This document shows positions 46,955 to 55,591 of a stretch of 64,000 nt of DNA, in pieces. The translations under genes were made by a program, and so were the position numbers. Position 1 is the stretch's first letter, and each line of letters begins with the position of its first letter. The notes under the pieces are model-generated. The model saw only the letters and a program-made list of their open reading frames with translations, was not told the DNA's origin and did not search any database. This stretch comes from Clostridia bacterium (GTDB lineage Bacteria; Bacillota; Clostridia; TANB77; CAG-465): NCBI GenBank assembly GCA_028692955.1, contig JAQUWH010000004.1, forward strand, positions 14,407 to 78,406. Reading direction: 5' to 3'.

Positions 46955-49900
46955 ATGTGGACAAAAGAGCAACAAAACGCCATTGATATTCAAGATAAAA
47001 ACTTACTTGTATCCGCGTCAGCAGGTAGTGGTAAAACCGCTGTTTTAGTAGAACGTGTGATACAAAAAATAATGAAGTATCGAGTAGATATCGATAAAAT
47101 ATTAGTAGTGACTTTTACGAATGCTGCGGCCAATGAATTAAAAGAAAGATTACTGGCGGCTATTTACAAAAAAATAGAAGAAGAACCGGATAACTACTTT
47201 TTAAAAAGACAAGTTAGCTTATTGTCTAGAGCAAGCATTACAACCATAGATGCCTTTTGTATAGAGCTTGTAAGAAGTAACTTCCATGTGTTAAATATAG
47301 ATCCTAATTTTAAAATAAGTACCAATACACAGTCAGCTATTTTAAAAAATAAGGTAATGACGAAACTATTAGAAGAGGAGTATTCACATACAAAAGAAAA
47401 CGATGAAAATGCAAAATGGCTATACAAAATACTAGAAATGTTTGGCGGTAAGGATGAGAAACTAATAGAAACATTATTTAATCTCTATACCTATATCCAA
47501 AGCTTTCCTTACCCATTTGAGTATTTAAAAGAAAGTATTGAAAAGTATCATAGGGATCATACCAATTCTGTAGATTTAGCAGCTACTGACTTTGGTGATG
47601 AAATATTACTAGAAGTAAAATCTAATTTGAAAATATTAGTCAAACAAATTGAAGACATGAAAAACCTCCTTGAGCAAAAGGATGAATTTACAAAACATGT
47701 AGAGTTATTAGAAGATGATTTAAATTACGTTAATCGATGTATCTATAGTGCTCATTCATGGGATCAATTGTATGAAACATTATTTTCTCATGAGTTAGGG
47801 AGTAATATTGTATCTAGAAAAATAACGGATGTGGTATTAAAGGATAAAATAAAAGATTTTAGAAACAAGATACCGAAGAAAACAATAGAGGATAGTAAAA
47901 AGAGTATCTATGCTACTACTAAAGAAATTTTAGCAGATAACGAAAAAGCGTACGAATATGTGGAATATCTATACCATTTTTTGTATCGTTTTGATGAAGA
48001 ATATATGACAATGAAAAATGATATGGGACTATTAGAGTTTAATGATATTCATCATATTGCACTTGAATTGCTATACTATAAGAATGAGGAGGGTGTATAT
48101 AAAGAGACAGATATTGCAAGTGGACTAAAAGAGAGATTTGTTGAGGTATATACGGATGAATATCAAGATACGGATTTTGTACAAGAAAAAATATTGCAAG
48201 CGGTTGCAAGAAAATCAAATCGATTTATGGTGGGAGATATTAAGCAAAGTATTTATCGATTTAGACAAGCAAGACCAGAAATTTTTAATCATAAGTATGA
48301 GGAATATGTCTTACTAAATGAGGAAAATCTGAATGAAGTAACGGATGGGAAAATCATTCTTGCAGAAAATTTTAGAAGTAGAAGGCAGGTAATTGATAGT
48401 ATTAATTATATCTTTGAAAAAATAATGAGTAAGCGACTGGGGGAATGCAGTTATGAAGAGATAGAGACTTTAAAAAATGGGGCTACTTGGTATGAAGAAG
48501 AGGAAACCGTAGACTATGCTACTAAAATCAATATTATTGATAGTAACAAAAAGGAAAATGAAGAGTTATCGAAAGAAGATGATTCATTAAAAGAAATTTT
48601 TGAGCTTGAAAAATATGAGCAAGAGGCAATATACATTGCAAAAGAGATAATAAAACTAAAGAAAACGTTTAAGGTATTCACAAAGGATGGATTTAAAGAG
48701 ACCAGTTACAAAGATATGGTAGTACTGTTAAGGTCCATTAAAACAAAAGGTATTATTTTAGAAAGAGTATTAAAGAGTTATGGAATACCAGCATATTGTG
48801 ATAATTCTACGAATTTATTTGAAAGTGATGAAATAAAGCTTGTTCTATCATTTCTTAAAGTATTAGATAATCCGTTAAGAGATGTTGAATTAGTGAGTGT
48901 CTTATATAGTATCATTGGTAAATTTAATTTAGATGAACTGACGGATATCAAATTATATAAAGATAACAAAAACAAGGGAATGTATGAGAGTATCGTAGCT
49001 ATTTTAGAAGCGGAAGATACTGGTTTATCTGATGAAGTGATAAAAAAAATAAGAAACTTTATGGATTTACTTTGTAAGTTTAAGAAATACGCGTTACATT
49101 ATACTGTGTCAGAATTACTGATAAAAGTATATAAAGAGACAAATTTATATTATCAATTGGCACTTGAAAAGATGGCAGATGTCAAGAAAGCAAACCTCAA
49201 TGTATTAGTGGAAATTGCAAAAGAATATGAGAAGAACTTTAATCCAAGTCTGAATGCATACCTTCACTACCTTGACAATATAAAAGAGACGGGAATTGGA
49301 AATAATGAGGCAAAAATACTTGGAGAAAATGAAAATGTGGTAAGAATCATGACCATCCATAAATCAAAGGGTCTTGAATTTCCAATTGTGATCCTTTCAG
49401 ATACAACAGCACCTTATATGGAAAGAGATTTAAATACAGAGGTTATTATGCATCAAGACTTAGGAATTGGTGTTAATATTGTCAATGAAAAGTATGGTAT
49501 TACTTATCCTTCTGCTATTAAAAATGCCATTAAAAATATAGCATCAAGACAAATGAAATCAGAAGAACTTAGAATGTTATACGTTGCAATGACAAGAGCA
49601 AAAGAAAAATTGGTGATTTTTGCTTCGTTAAATGATTATGAAAAGTATAACAGCAATACATTTGTCATTGAAAAAAATGGAAAAATAGATGCTAGTATTA
49701 TTAATGGCAATAAATCATATTTTAAGAATATAAATATGGCATTATTAGATTATGATAGAGATAACAAAAAATTATTCGATATTAACGTAACAAAAGTAAA
49801 TTTAAATGATATGGTAAATGACTTTGCTAGTAAAGAGTCGGATAACGAAAAATTGGTCTTAACAGAAGAAATTGAAAAACTTAAACCTTTGATTCCAAAG

Positions 49901-50629
49901 GAGAAGGAAGAAGAAATACAAACAAAAAGAACTGAAGTGTATGATAAAGTATCCGAAAACTTAAATTACCAATATCCATATAGTGAAGATATAGATACGG
50001 CAAGTAGAGTTAGCGTTAGTGCATTAAAGCAAGAATATTTAAATTCTTTAAAACAGGAAGAAGAAAATAACGGTACTATTCCTAAAAAAATAGAATGTGT
50101 AAACGATTTTAAGTTACCTTCTCTTTTACAAGAGGATAATAGTTATACTCCTGTAAGAAAAGGGATATTAGTTCATTTTATTCTTGAAAATTTAGATGTT
50201 AAGAAGTATATGACAAAGGAATCGTTACAAGAATATATAGAATCTCTTGTTTACAAGCATGTGTTAACAAAAGAAGATAAAAAGCAAATTAATTTAGATA
50301 GTATTCTTCATTTTTTAAATTCAAAAATTGGTACTGAATTAAAAGAAGCACATACTATTTGGAAAGAGCAAGAATTTATTTTAAGAGATGCTACCTTATC
50401 CAAAAGTGTCATACAAGGCGTGATTGATTTATATTATTTAAATAAGAAGAATAACATTGTATTAGTTGATTTTAAAACCGATAGAATGACAAAAGAAAGT
50501 GACTATATTAAAAAATACAAAATTCAACTTGAAATTTATAAAGAGGCAATTGAGAAAATAACAGGATTAACAGTAGAAAAAACATATATTTATTCTTTTG
50601 AATTAAACAAAGAAATTGAAATAAAGTAG
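46955..50629 (+). CDS. addA: ATP-dependent helicase/nuclease subunit A (AddA/RexA)
   Basis: UvrD-type motifs (ASAGSGKTAVLVER, TFTNAAANELKER). The C-terminal RecB-family nuclease motifs are GVIDLYY...LVDFKTD...QLEIY. The ATG at 46955 follows the SD GGAGGTG. Confidence 0.9.
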   Translation: MWTKEQQNAIDIQDKNLLVSASAGSGKTAVLVERVIQKIMKYRVDIDKILVVTFTNAAANELKERLLAAIYKKIEEEPDNYFLKRQVSLLSRASITTIDAFCIELVRSNFHVLNIDPNFKISTNTQSAILKNKVMTKLLEEEYSHTKENDENAKWLYKILEMFGGKDEKLIETLFNLYTYIQSFPYPFEYLKESIEKYHRDHTNSVDLAATDFGDEILLEVKSNLKILVKQIEDMKNLLEQKDEFTKHVELLEDDLNYVNRCIYSAHSWDQLYETLFSHELGSNIVSRKITDVVLKDKIKDFRNKIPKKTIEDSKKSIYATTKEILADNEKAYEYVEYLYHFLYRFDEEYMTMKNDMGLLEFNDIHHIALELLYYKNEEGVYKETDIASGLKERFVEVYTDEYQDTDFVQEKILQAVARKSNRFMVGDIKQSIYRFRQARPEIFNHKYEEYVLLNEENLNEVTDGKIILAENFRSRRQVIDSINYIFEKIMSKRLGECSYEEIETLKNGATWYEEEETVDYATKINIIDSNKKENEELSKEDDSLKEIFELEKYEQEAIYIAKEIIKLKKTFKVFTKDGFKETSYKDMVVLLRSIKTKGIILERVLKSYGIPAYCDNSTNLFESDEIKLVLSFLKVLDNPLRDVELVSVLYSIIGKFNLDELTDIKLYKDNKNKGMYESIVAILEAEDTGLSDEVIKKIRNFMDLLCKFKKYALHYTVSELLIKVYKETNLYYQLALEKMADVKKANLNVLVEIAKEYEKNFNPSLNAYLHYLDNIKETGIGNNEAKILGENENVVRIMTIHKSKGLEFPIVILSDTTAPYMERDLNTEVIMHQDLGIGVNIVNEKYGITYPSAIKNAIKNIASRQMKSEELRMLYVAMTRAKEKLVIFASLNDYEKYNSNTFVIEKNGKIDASIINGNKSYFKNINMALLDYDRDNKKLFDINVTKVNLNDMVNDFASKESDNEKLVLTEEIEKLKPLIPKEKEEEIQTKRTEVYDKVSENLNYQYPYSEDIDTASRVSVSALKQEYLNSLKQEEENNGTIPKKIECVNDFKLPSLLQEDNSYTPVRKGILVHFILENLDVKKYMTKESLQEYIESLVYKHVLTKEDKKQINLDSILHFLNSKIGTELKEAHTIWKEQEFILRDATLSKSVIQGVIDLYYLNKKNNIVLVDFKTDRMTKESDYIKKYKIQLEIYKEAIEKITGLTVEKTYIYSFELNKEIEIK

Positions 50630-51487
50630 GTGAGTAGGATAGAAAAAGATTATACTAATCATGAAGTTACTCATATAAAAAAAGGTGATATTGAATATTT
50701 ACAATTTAAGAAATTAAATGAATATAGTGATAAGTTATTTCATGCCATTACACTACGACATGGTGGTGTCAGTGCAAATGAATACACTTCACTTAATTTT
50801 AGAAGTACTGGTTATGATAGCAAAGAAAATGTACTAAAAAATCTTGCTAGAATTTGTGATGCAACTGATATCAATAAAAACAAAATATACAAAGGAAAGC
50901 AGGCGCATACTTCGAATATATTACTCCTTAATAATGACAATAAAGAACCATATCAGTATGAAAATTTCTGCGAAGAGGAATATGATGGCTATGTCACTAA
51001 TATAGTGGAAATAGGAACATTAGTTACGGTTGCCGATTGTAATTGTATCATCCTATATGATCCTGTAAATAATGTGATAGCAAATATACATAGCGGTTGG
51101 AAAGGTACAATAGAAAAAATAACGATAAAAGCAATTAATCTTATGATACAACAATATCATTCTAAAGTAGAAGATTTAATATGTTGTTTTGGACCTTCTA
51201 TTAGAAAGTGTTGTTTTAGTAGTGAAGAACAAAGCTTCCAAGAAAAATTTACGACAATATGGAAAAATGAAGAAGAATATATTACTCATCAAGGAAAGCG
51301 ATTCTATATCGATTTAATCTACGTTATCACAAAAGATTTATTAAAAATAGGATTAAAAAATGAAAATATTGTTGATTCTCATATCTGTACCATGTGCCAT
51401 AGCGATGATTTCTTTTCTAACAGGGCATGTAAAAAGCAAAATTTTAAAGACTTTGGTACGCTAGCATCGATTACTATGTTAAAATAG
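50630..51487 (+). CDS. pgeF: peptidoglycan editing factor PgeF (YfiH/DUF152 family)
   Basis: TVADCNC, HSGWKGT and CTMCH motifs. GTG start directly after the addA stop. Confidence 0.85.
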   Translation: MSRIEKDYTNHEVTHIKKGDIEYLQFKKLNEYSDKLFHAITLRHGGVSANEYTSLNFRSTGYDSKENVLKNLARICDATDINKNKIYKGKQAHTSNILLLNNDNKEPYQYENFCEEEYDGYVTNIVEIGTLVTVADCNCIILYDPVNNVIANIHSGWKGTIEKITIKAINLMIQQYHSKVEDLICCFGPSIRKCCFSSEEQSFQEKFTTIWKNEEEYITHQGKRFYIDLIYVITKDLLKIGLKNENIVDSHICTMCHSDDFFSNRACKKQNFKDFGTLASITMLK

Positions 51488-51572
51488 CAAAAAAGTAATA
51501 TGTATATTTTGTGAAAAACGTTGACTATATATTTCATGTTTGATATAATAATTTTTGAATGGAGGAATTAAA

Positions 51573-52187
51573 ATGTTGAAAAAAATGAATTTACCGAATA
51601 AATTAACAATGTTAAGAATCATACTTGTACCTGTATTTATTGTATTTATGTGTTTGCCAAAAGAATGGGTATGGACAATATGGACTGCATTTGGCGTATT
51701 TGTAGTTGCAGCAATTACTGATTTCTTGGATGGCAGAATATCAAGAAAGAATAATATGGTAACAAAGTTTGGAAAAATAATGGATCCACTTGCTGACAAA
51801 ATGCTTGTTTCAGCTGGATTTATTCTATTAACTGGTGCTGGGGTAGTTCCTGCATGGATGACTGCAATCATCATTTTAAGAGATTTCTTTGTCAATGCGC
51901 TTAGAATGTTTGGATCAGATAAAGGAAAAGATGTTGCTGCTGGTCTTAGCGGAAAAATTAAAACAATCTTCCAACTAGTGGGTGTTGTACTTGGACTATT
52001 CGGTCTTGCACTTGGTACTACTAATGTATTTGGAGAATTTATCGCAAGTGCGATGTCTATGGATATTCTAACTTTAATGGTTAATGTAACAATGACCGTT
52101 TCTGTCTCTGTTGCTGTGATTGCAACGATTTGGTCAATGGTAGATTATATTATTCGTTTTAAAGATGATATCAATGTGGAAGAATAA
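51573..52187 (+). CDS. pgsA: CDP-diacylglycerol--glycerol-3-phosphate 3-phosphatidyltransferase
   Basis: CDP-alcohol phosphatidyltransferase motif DFLDGRISRKNNMVTKFGKIMDPLADK. The ATG at 51573 follows the SD GGAGGA. Confidence 0.9.
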   Translation: MLKKMNLPNKLTMLRIILVPVFIVFMCLPKEWVWTIWTAFGVFVVAAITDFLDGRISRKNNMVTKFGKIMDPLADKMLVSAGFILLTGAGVVPAWMTAIIILRDFFVNALRMFGSDKGKDVAAGLSGKIKTIFQLVGVVLGLFGLALGTTNVFGEFIASAMSMDILTLMVNVTMTVSVSVAVIATIWSMVDYIIRFKDDINVEE

Positions 52188-52351
52188 TATATTGTAAAAA
52201 ACAAAAAAGTCAAAAAAAATTTTAAAAAGCGTATATTATTTTTTAATATACACATATTATGAGTGTACATTGTTTTTCCTCTTCTAATTTTTATTATAAT
52301 TAGAAACTATATAATGGTGTACATGTAGTTTAGTTATTTATTTAACTAACG

Positions 52352-52395
52352 AAACGTGGGTTTTTTATTCTACCCACGTTTTATTTTTATTTTTA
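52352..52395 (+). terminator. strong orphan terminator hairpin 165 nt downstream of pgsA
   Basis: 10-bp stem AAACGTGGGT/ACCCACGTTT followed by TTATTTTTATTTTT. Confidence 0.65.
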
Positions 52396-52467
52396 TTTTT
52401 TGTATATCCCAAAAAAAATTGCACATAATATGTTTAGACAAATTATTTTTTGTTTAGGAGGTATTAT

Positions 52468-52674
52468 ATGAAGGCTTTGAATAGTATTATATTAGCACTT
52501 GTTATCATAGGTGCAATCAACTGGGGATGCATAGGACTATTTAAAATAGATTTAATAGGTACTTTATTTGGTGGAGCAGGCTCTGCTATAAGTAGAATAT
52601 TATTTACAATAGTCGGTATCGCCGGAATTTGGGCATTCACATTCTTTAGTAGAGTGGATAGAGTGGCTGAATAG
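52468..52674 (+). CDS. DUF378-family small membrane protein
   Basis: ALVIIGAINWGCIGLFKIDLIGTLFGG hallmark motif. The ATG at 52468 follows the SD AGGAGG. Confidence 0.8.
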   Translation: MKALNSIILALVIIGAINWGCIGLFKIDLIGTLFGGAGSAISRILFTIVGIAGIWAFTFFSRVDRVAE

Positions 52675-52680
52675 TTTTAA

Positions 52681-52707
52681 AAAGAGTTATTTTATAACTC
52701 TTTTTTT
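52681..52707 (+). terminator. rho-independent terminator
   Basis: Stem AAAGAGTTAT/ATAACTCTTT, loop TTT, T-run. Confidence 0.75.
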
Positions 52708-52786
52708 CTTGTCTCATTCAATTTGTTATCTTTTTTCCTTGTGATAAGTTATATTATAATGTATAATGTTTTAAGAAGGTGTAAAG

Positions 52787-53461
52787 ATGAAAAAAATTTT
52801 TAAATGGATTAGAAATATTATAATCCTTTTACTAATTATTGGCATTGGTATCTGTTCCTATGTTGTTTATGACGGATATCAATTATATAAAAATGCGATT
52901 ACTAATAAAAGTATAGAAGAAGCAATTAAGGAAATCGAGAATAAAAAATATTATGTGACAAAAGGGGAAATTCCAAAAGATTTTAAAGATGCACTTGTTG
53001 CAATTGAAGATAATCGTTTTTATAATCATGGTGCTATTGATTTAAGATCTATTGGAAGAGCTATTGTGACAAATATAAAAGAGATGAAATTAGTAGAGGG
53101 CGGAAGTACCATTACACAACAACTTGCTAAAAACATGTATTTTTCTTTTGAGAAAAAGTTTTCAAGAAAAGTAGCAGAAGTATTTGTTGGTATGGACTTA
53201 GAAAAGAAATACAACAAGGATGAAATCTTATCTTATTATATTAATATTATCTACTTTGGAGATGGATACTATGGATTAGGGGCAGCATCAAGAGGATATT
53301 ATGAAAAGCCAGTGGAACGACTTACTTTTGATGAATGTACTATGCTTGCTGGATTACCCAATGCACCAAGCGCTTATGCTTTATCAACAAATCCCGATTT
53401 AGCACAAGAAAGAAAAGCACTTGTCGTAGAACAGATGAAAAAATATGGCTATTTAAAATAA
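52787..53461 (+). CDS. monofunctional peptidoglycan glycosyltransferase (GT51)
   Basis: TM anchor plus GT51 motifs AIEDNRFYNHGAID and GGSTITQQLAKN. No transpeptidase domain. Confidence 0.88.
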   Translation: MKKIFKWIRNIIILLLIIGIGICSYVVYDGYQLYKNAITNKSIEEAIKEIENKKYYVTKGEIPKDFKDALVAIEDNRFYNHGAIDLRSIGRAIVTNIKEMKLVEGGSTITQQLAKNMYFSFEKKFSRKVAEVFVGMDLEKKYNKDEILSYYINIIYFGDGYYGLGAASRGYYEKPVERLTFDECTMLAGLPNAPSAYALSTNPDLAQERKALVVEQMKKYGYLK

Positions 53462-53483
53462 TCAAAAAAGTTATAAAAAAGGC

Positions 53484-53538
53484 TTGACATTTCATATTAT
53501 ATGATGTAGAATATACATGAAAGTAGTAATTGTTACTA
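53484..53538 (+). promoter_or_regulatory. promoter plus candidate PerR/Fur-type operator upstream of perR-rbr-dfx
   Basis: TTGACA (53484-53489), 17-nt spacer, TAGAAT (53507-53512). A perfect 6-3-6 dyad TAGTAAttgTTACTA lies at 53524-53538. Confidence 0.45.
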
Positions 53539-53558
53539 TTTTTAGAAGGAGATATAAT

Positions 53559-53939
53559 ATGAATTATTCTAGGCAGCGTGAACAAATACTGGAATATGTT
53601 AAATCAGTAAAAACGCATCCTACTGCAGAAACAGTCTATCAAAAGGTAAGAGAAGACAATTCAAATATTAGTTTAGGTACTGTCTATAGAAATTTAGATC
53701 GACTATCAAGAGACGGTTATTTATTAAGAATTAAAATGGCAAACGATAAAGACCGATTTGATGGAGATGTTTCGAAACATTACCATGCAGTATGTACTCA
53801 CTGTAATCAAGTATTTGACATTTTTACAAATTATTTAAAAGATACTGACGATAAAGTTAGTAAAGAATTAAATTGTAAAGTATTATCGCATGATGTAATA
53901 TTTAATATTATATGTCCAGATTGTGAAAGGGGATTTTAA
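53559..53939 (+). CDS. perR: Fur-family peroxide-responsive regulator (PerR-like)
   Basis: Winged-helix N-terminus ([10 protein letters not shown]...HPTAETVY) and two CxxC pairs (CTHC, CPDC). Its context with rbr and dfx supports the call. Confidence 0.85.
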   Translation: MNYSRQREQILEYVKSVKTHPTAETVYQKVREDNSNISLGTVYRNLDRLSRDGYLLRIKMANDKDRFDGDVSKHYHAVCTHCNQVFDIFTNYLKDTDDKVSKELNCKVLSHDVIFNIICPDCERGF

Positions 53940-53940
53940 G

Positions 53941-54480
53941 ATGGAATTAAAAGGATCAAAAACAGAAGCAAATTTACTTGCTGCATTTGCAGGTGAATCA
54001 CAAGCAAGAAATAAATATACGTATTATGCTTCAAAAGCAAAAAAAGAAGGTTATGAGCAAATTGCAGCTATATTTGAAGAGACAGCTGGTAACGAAAAAG
54101 AACATGCTAAATTGTGGTTTAAAGCATTACATGGTGATAATGTGCCATCTACAATTGAAAACCTAAAAGATGCTGCCTCTGGGGAAAACTATGAATGGAC
54201 AGATATGTATGCTGGTTTTGCAAAAGACGCAAAGGAAGAAGGCTTTGCACGTTTAGCTTATTTATTTGAAGCAGTTGGAAAAATTGAAAAAGAACATGAA
54301 GAAAGATATAAAAAATTACTTGCTAATATTGAAGAAGGAAAAGTATTTAGTTGTGGAGAAGTAAAAATGTGGAAATGTAGAAATTGCGGACATATTCATA
54401 TTGCTGCAAACGCACCTGAAATTTGCCCAGTATGTGCACATCCAAAGTCATATTTTGAAATAAAAGCAGAAAATTATTAA
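53941..54480 (+). CDS. rbr: rubrerythrin
   Basis: Ferritin-like diiron motifs ([26 protein letters not shown]) plus a C-terminal rubredoxin CRNCG...CPVC. Confidence 0.92.
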   Translation: MELKGSKTEANLLAAFAGESQARNKYTYYASKAKKEGYEQIAAIFEETAGNEKEHAKLWFKALHGDNVPSTIENLKDAASGENYEWTDMYAGFAKDAKEEGFARLAYLFEAVGKIEKEHEERYKKLLANIEEGKVFSCGEVKMWKCRNCGHIHIAANAPEICPVCAHPKSYFEIKAENY

Positions 54481-54531
54481 GACAATAGGCAGGTATTCAC
54501 CTGCTTATTTTATCATCAAAAAGGAGAAAAT

Positions 54532-54915
54532 ATGAAAGAATTAGAATTTTATAAATGTGAAAAATGTGGAAAACAAATATTTAATATGAATGATACTTTA
54601 CTAGATTGTTGCGATACTGATTTAGTGATGTTAGAGCCTAATACTGTAGATGCTGCAGTAGAAAAACATATGCCAGTAGCAACTTTTCAAGGAGAAGAGT
54701 TAAAAGTAAAAGTTGGAGAAGTAGCACATCCAATGACAAAAGAGCATTTGATAGATGGCATCTATATTATTACTGATAATGGTATCCTTGTTAGCAAAGT
54801 ATTAACTGAAAACGATGTGCCAGAATATACCTTTAAAATAGATGGTGCAAATAAAGTAGATGTTTATGTTTCATGTAATAAACATGGCATTTGGAAAGCT
54901 ACTTTTAATAGATAA
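54532..54915 (+). CDS. dfx: desulfoferrodoxin (class I superoxide reductase)
   Basis: The N-terminal desulforedoxin motif is CEKCG...CC. The C-terminal SOR ligands are EKHMPV, HPMTKEH and CNKHG. Confidence 0.88.
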   Translation: MKELEFYKCEKCGKQIFNMNDTLLDCCDTDLVMLEPNTVDAAVEKHMPVATFQGEELKVKVGEVAHPMTKEHLIDGIYIITDNGILVSKVLTENDVPEYTFKIDGANKVDVYVSCNKHGIWKATFNR

Positions 54916-54923
54916 AATATTAA

Positions 54924-54957
54924 AATACATTAGGATTAAACTTAATGTATTTTTTTT
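54924..54957 (+). terminator. rho-independent terminator after dfx
   Basis: Stem AATACATTA/TAATGTATT followed by T7. Confidence 0.75.
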
Positions 54958-55167
54958 GTTGTTTTTCGACAAAAACTGTCAATATGGCACGAATTTTGTC
55001 GAAAAGAGATTACATAACTTGACAAATTCCAATTAAAGTGATATAATACAATATATTCGAAACGAAGAATACAAACTGATTAGGGGGTATTAACATGTAA
55101 AAGTATAACCTTTTACGTATTTTCAAGACAATAATATATTATATTACAAAAATGGAGGAAATGAAAA

Positions 55168-55464
55168 ATGGGTTACGGAGCAAGTATAGATATTGAGAAG
55201 AAAGAAAAGTTGGTTATAGAAGCTCTCAGAAATTCGGAAAATAAGCATCTAAAGTCGCTGTGGAGTGTATTGGAAAATACACAAAATACACAAGAGACTT
55301 TTCGAAAATTCGTTCTAAACCTAAATGATTCAGCAATGAATCATGGTTTGGAATTTGAAAAACTGTTAGCGGCGGTGCTAACACAACTCAAACAAGGCTT
55401 TATCACAATTGCTGATGCTTTGTATGGAAAGATATACGTTAACGCATCAGCGATTACTTATTGA
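55168..55464 (+). CDS. hypothetical helical protein
   Basis: 98-aa ORF with the SD GGAGGAA and its own promoter (TTGACA-17-TATAAT at about 55019-55047). No recognisable motifs. Confidence 0.55.
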   Translation: MGYGASIDIEKKEKLVIEALRNSENKHLKSLWSVLENTQNTQETFRKFVLNLNDSAMNHGLEFEKLLAAVLTQLKQGFITIADALYGKIYVNASAITY

Positions 55465-55478
55465 TTGCTCTAAAAGAA

Positions 55479-55514
55479 AATAGAGGTACAATATTTTGTA
55501 CCTCTATTTTTTTT
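55479..55514 (+). terminator. rho-independent terminator
   Basis: Perfect 12-bp stem AATAGAGGTACA/TGTACCTCTATT followed by T8. Confidence 0.8.
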
Positions 55515-55591
55515 GTTTTGTATAGATATACCTTGCTAATTTATTCATTTTAATATATAATTTTAATGATATATAGATAAAAGAGGTAAAC

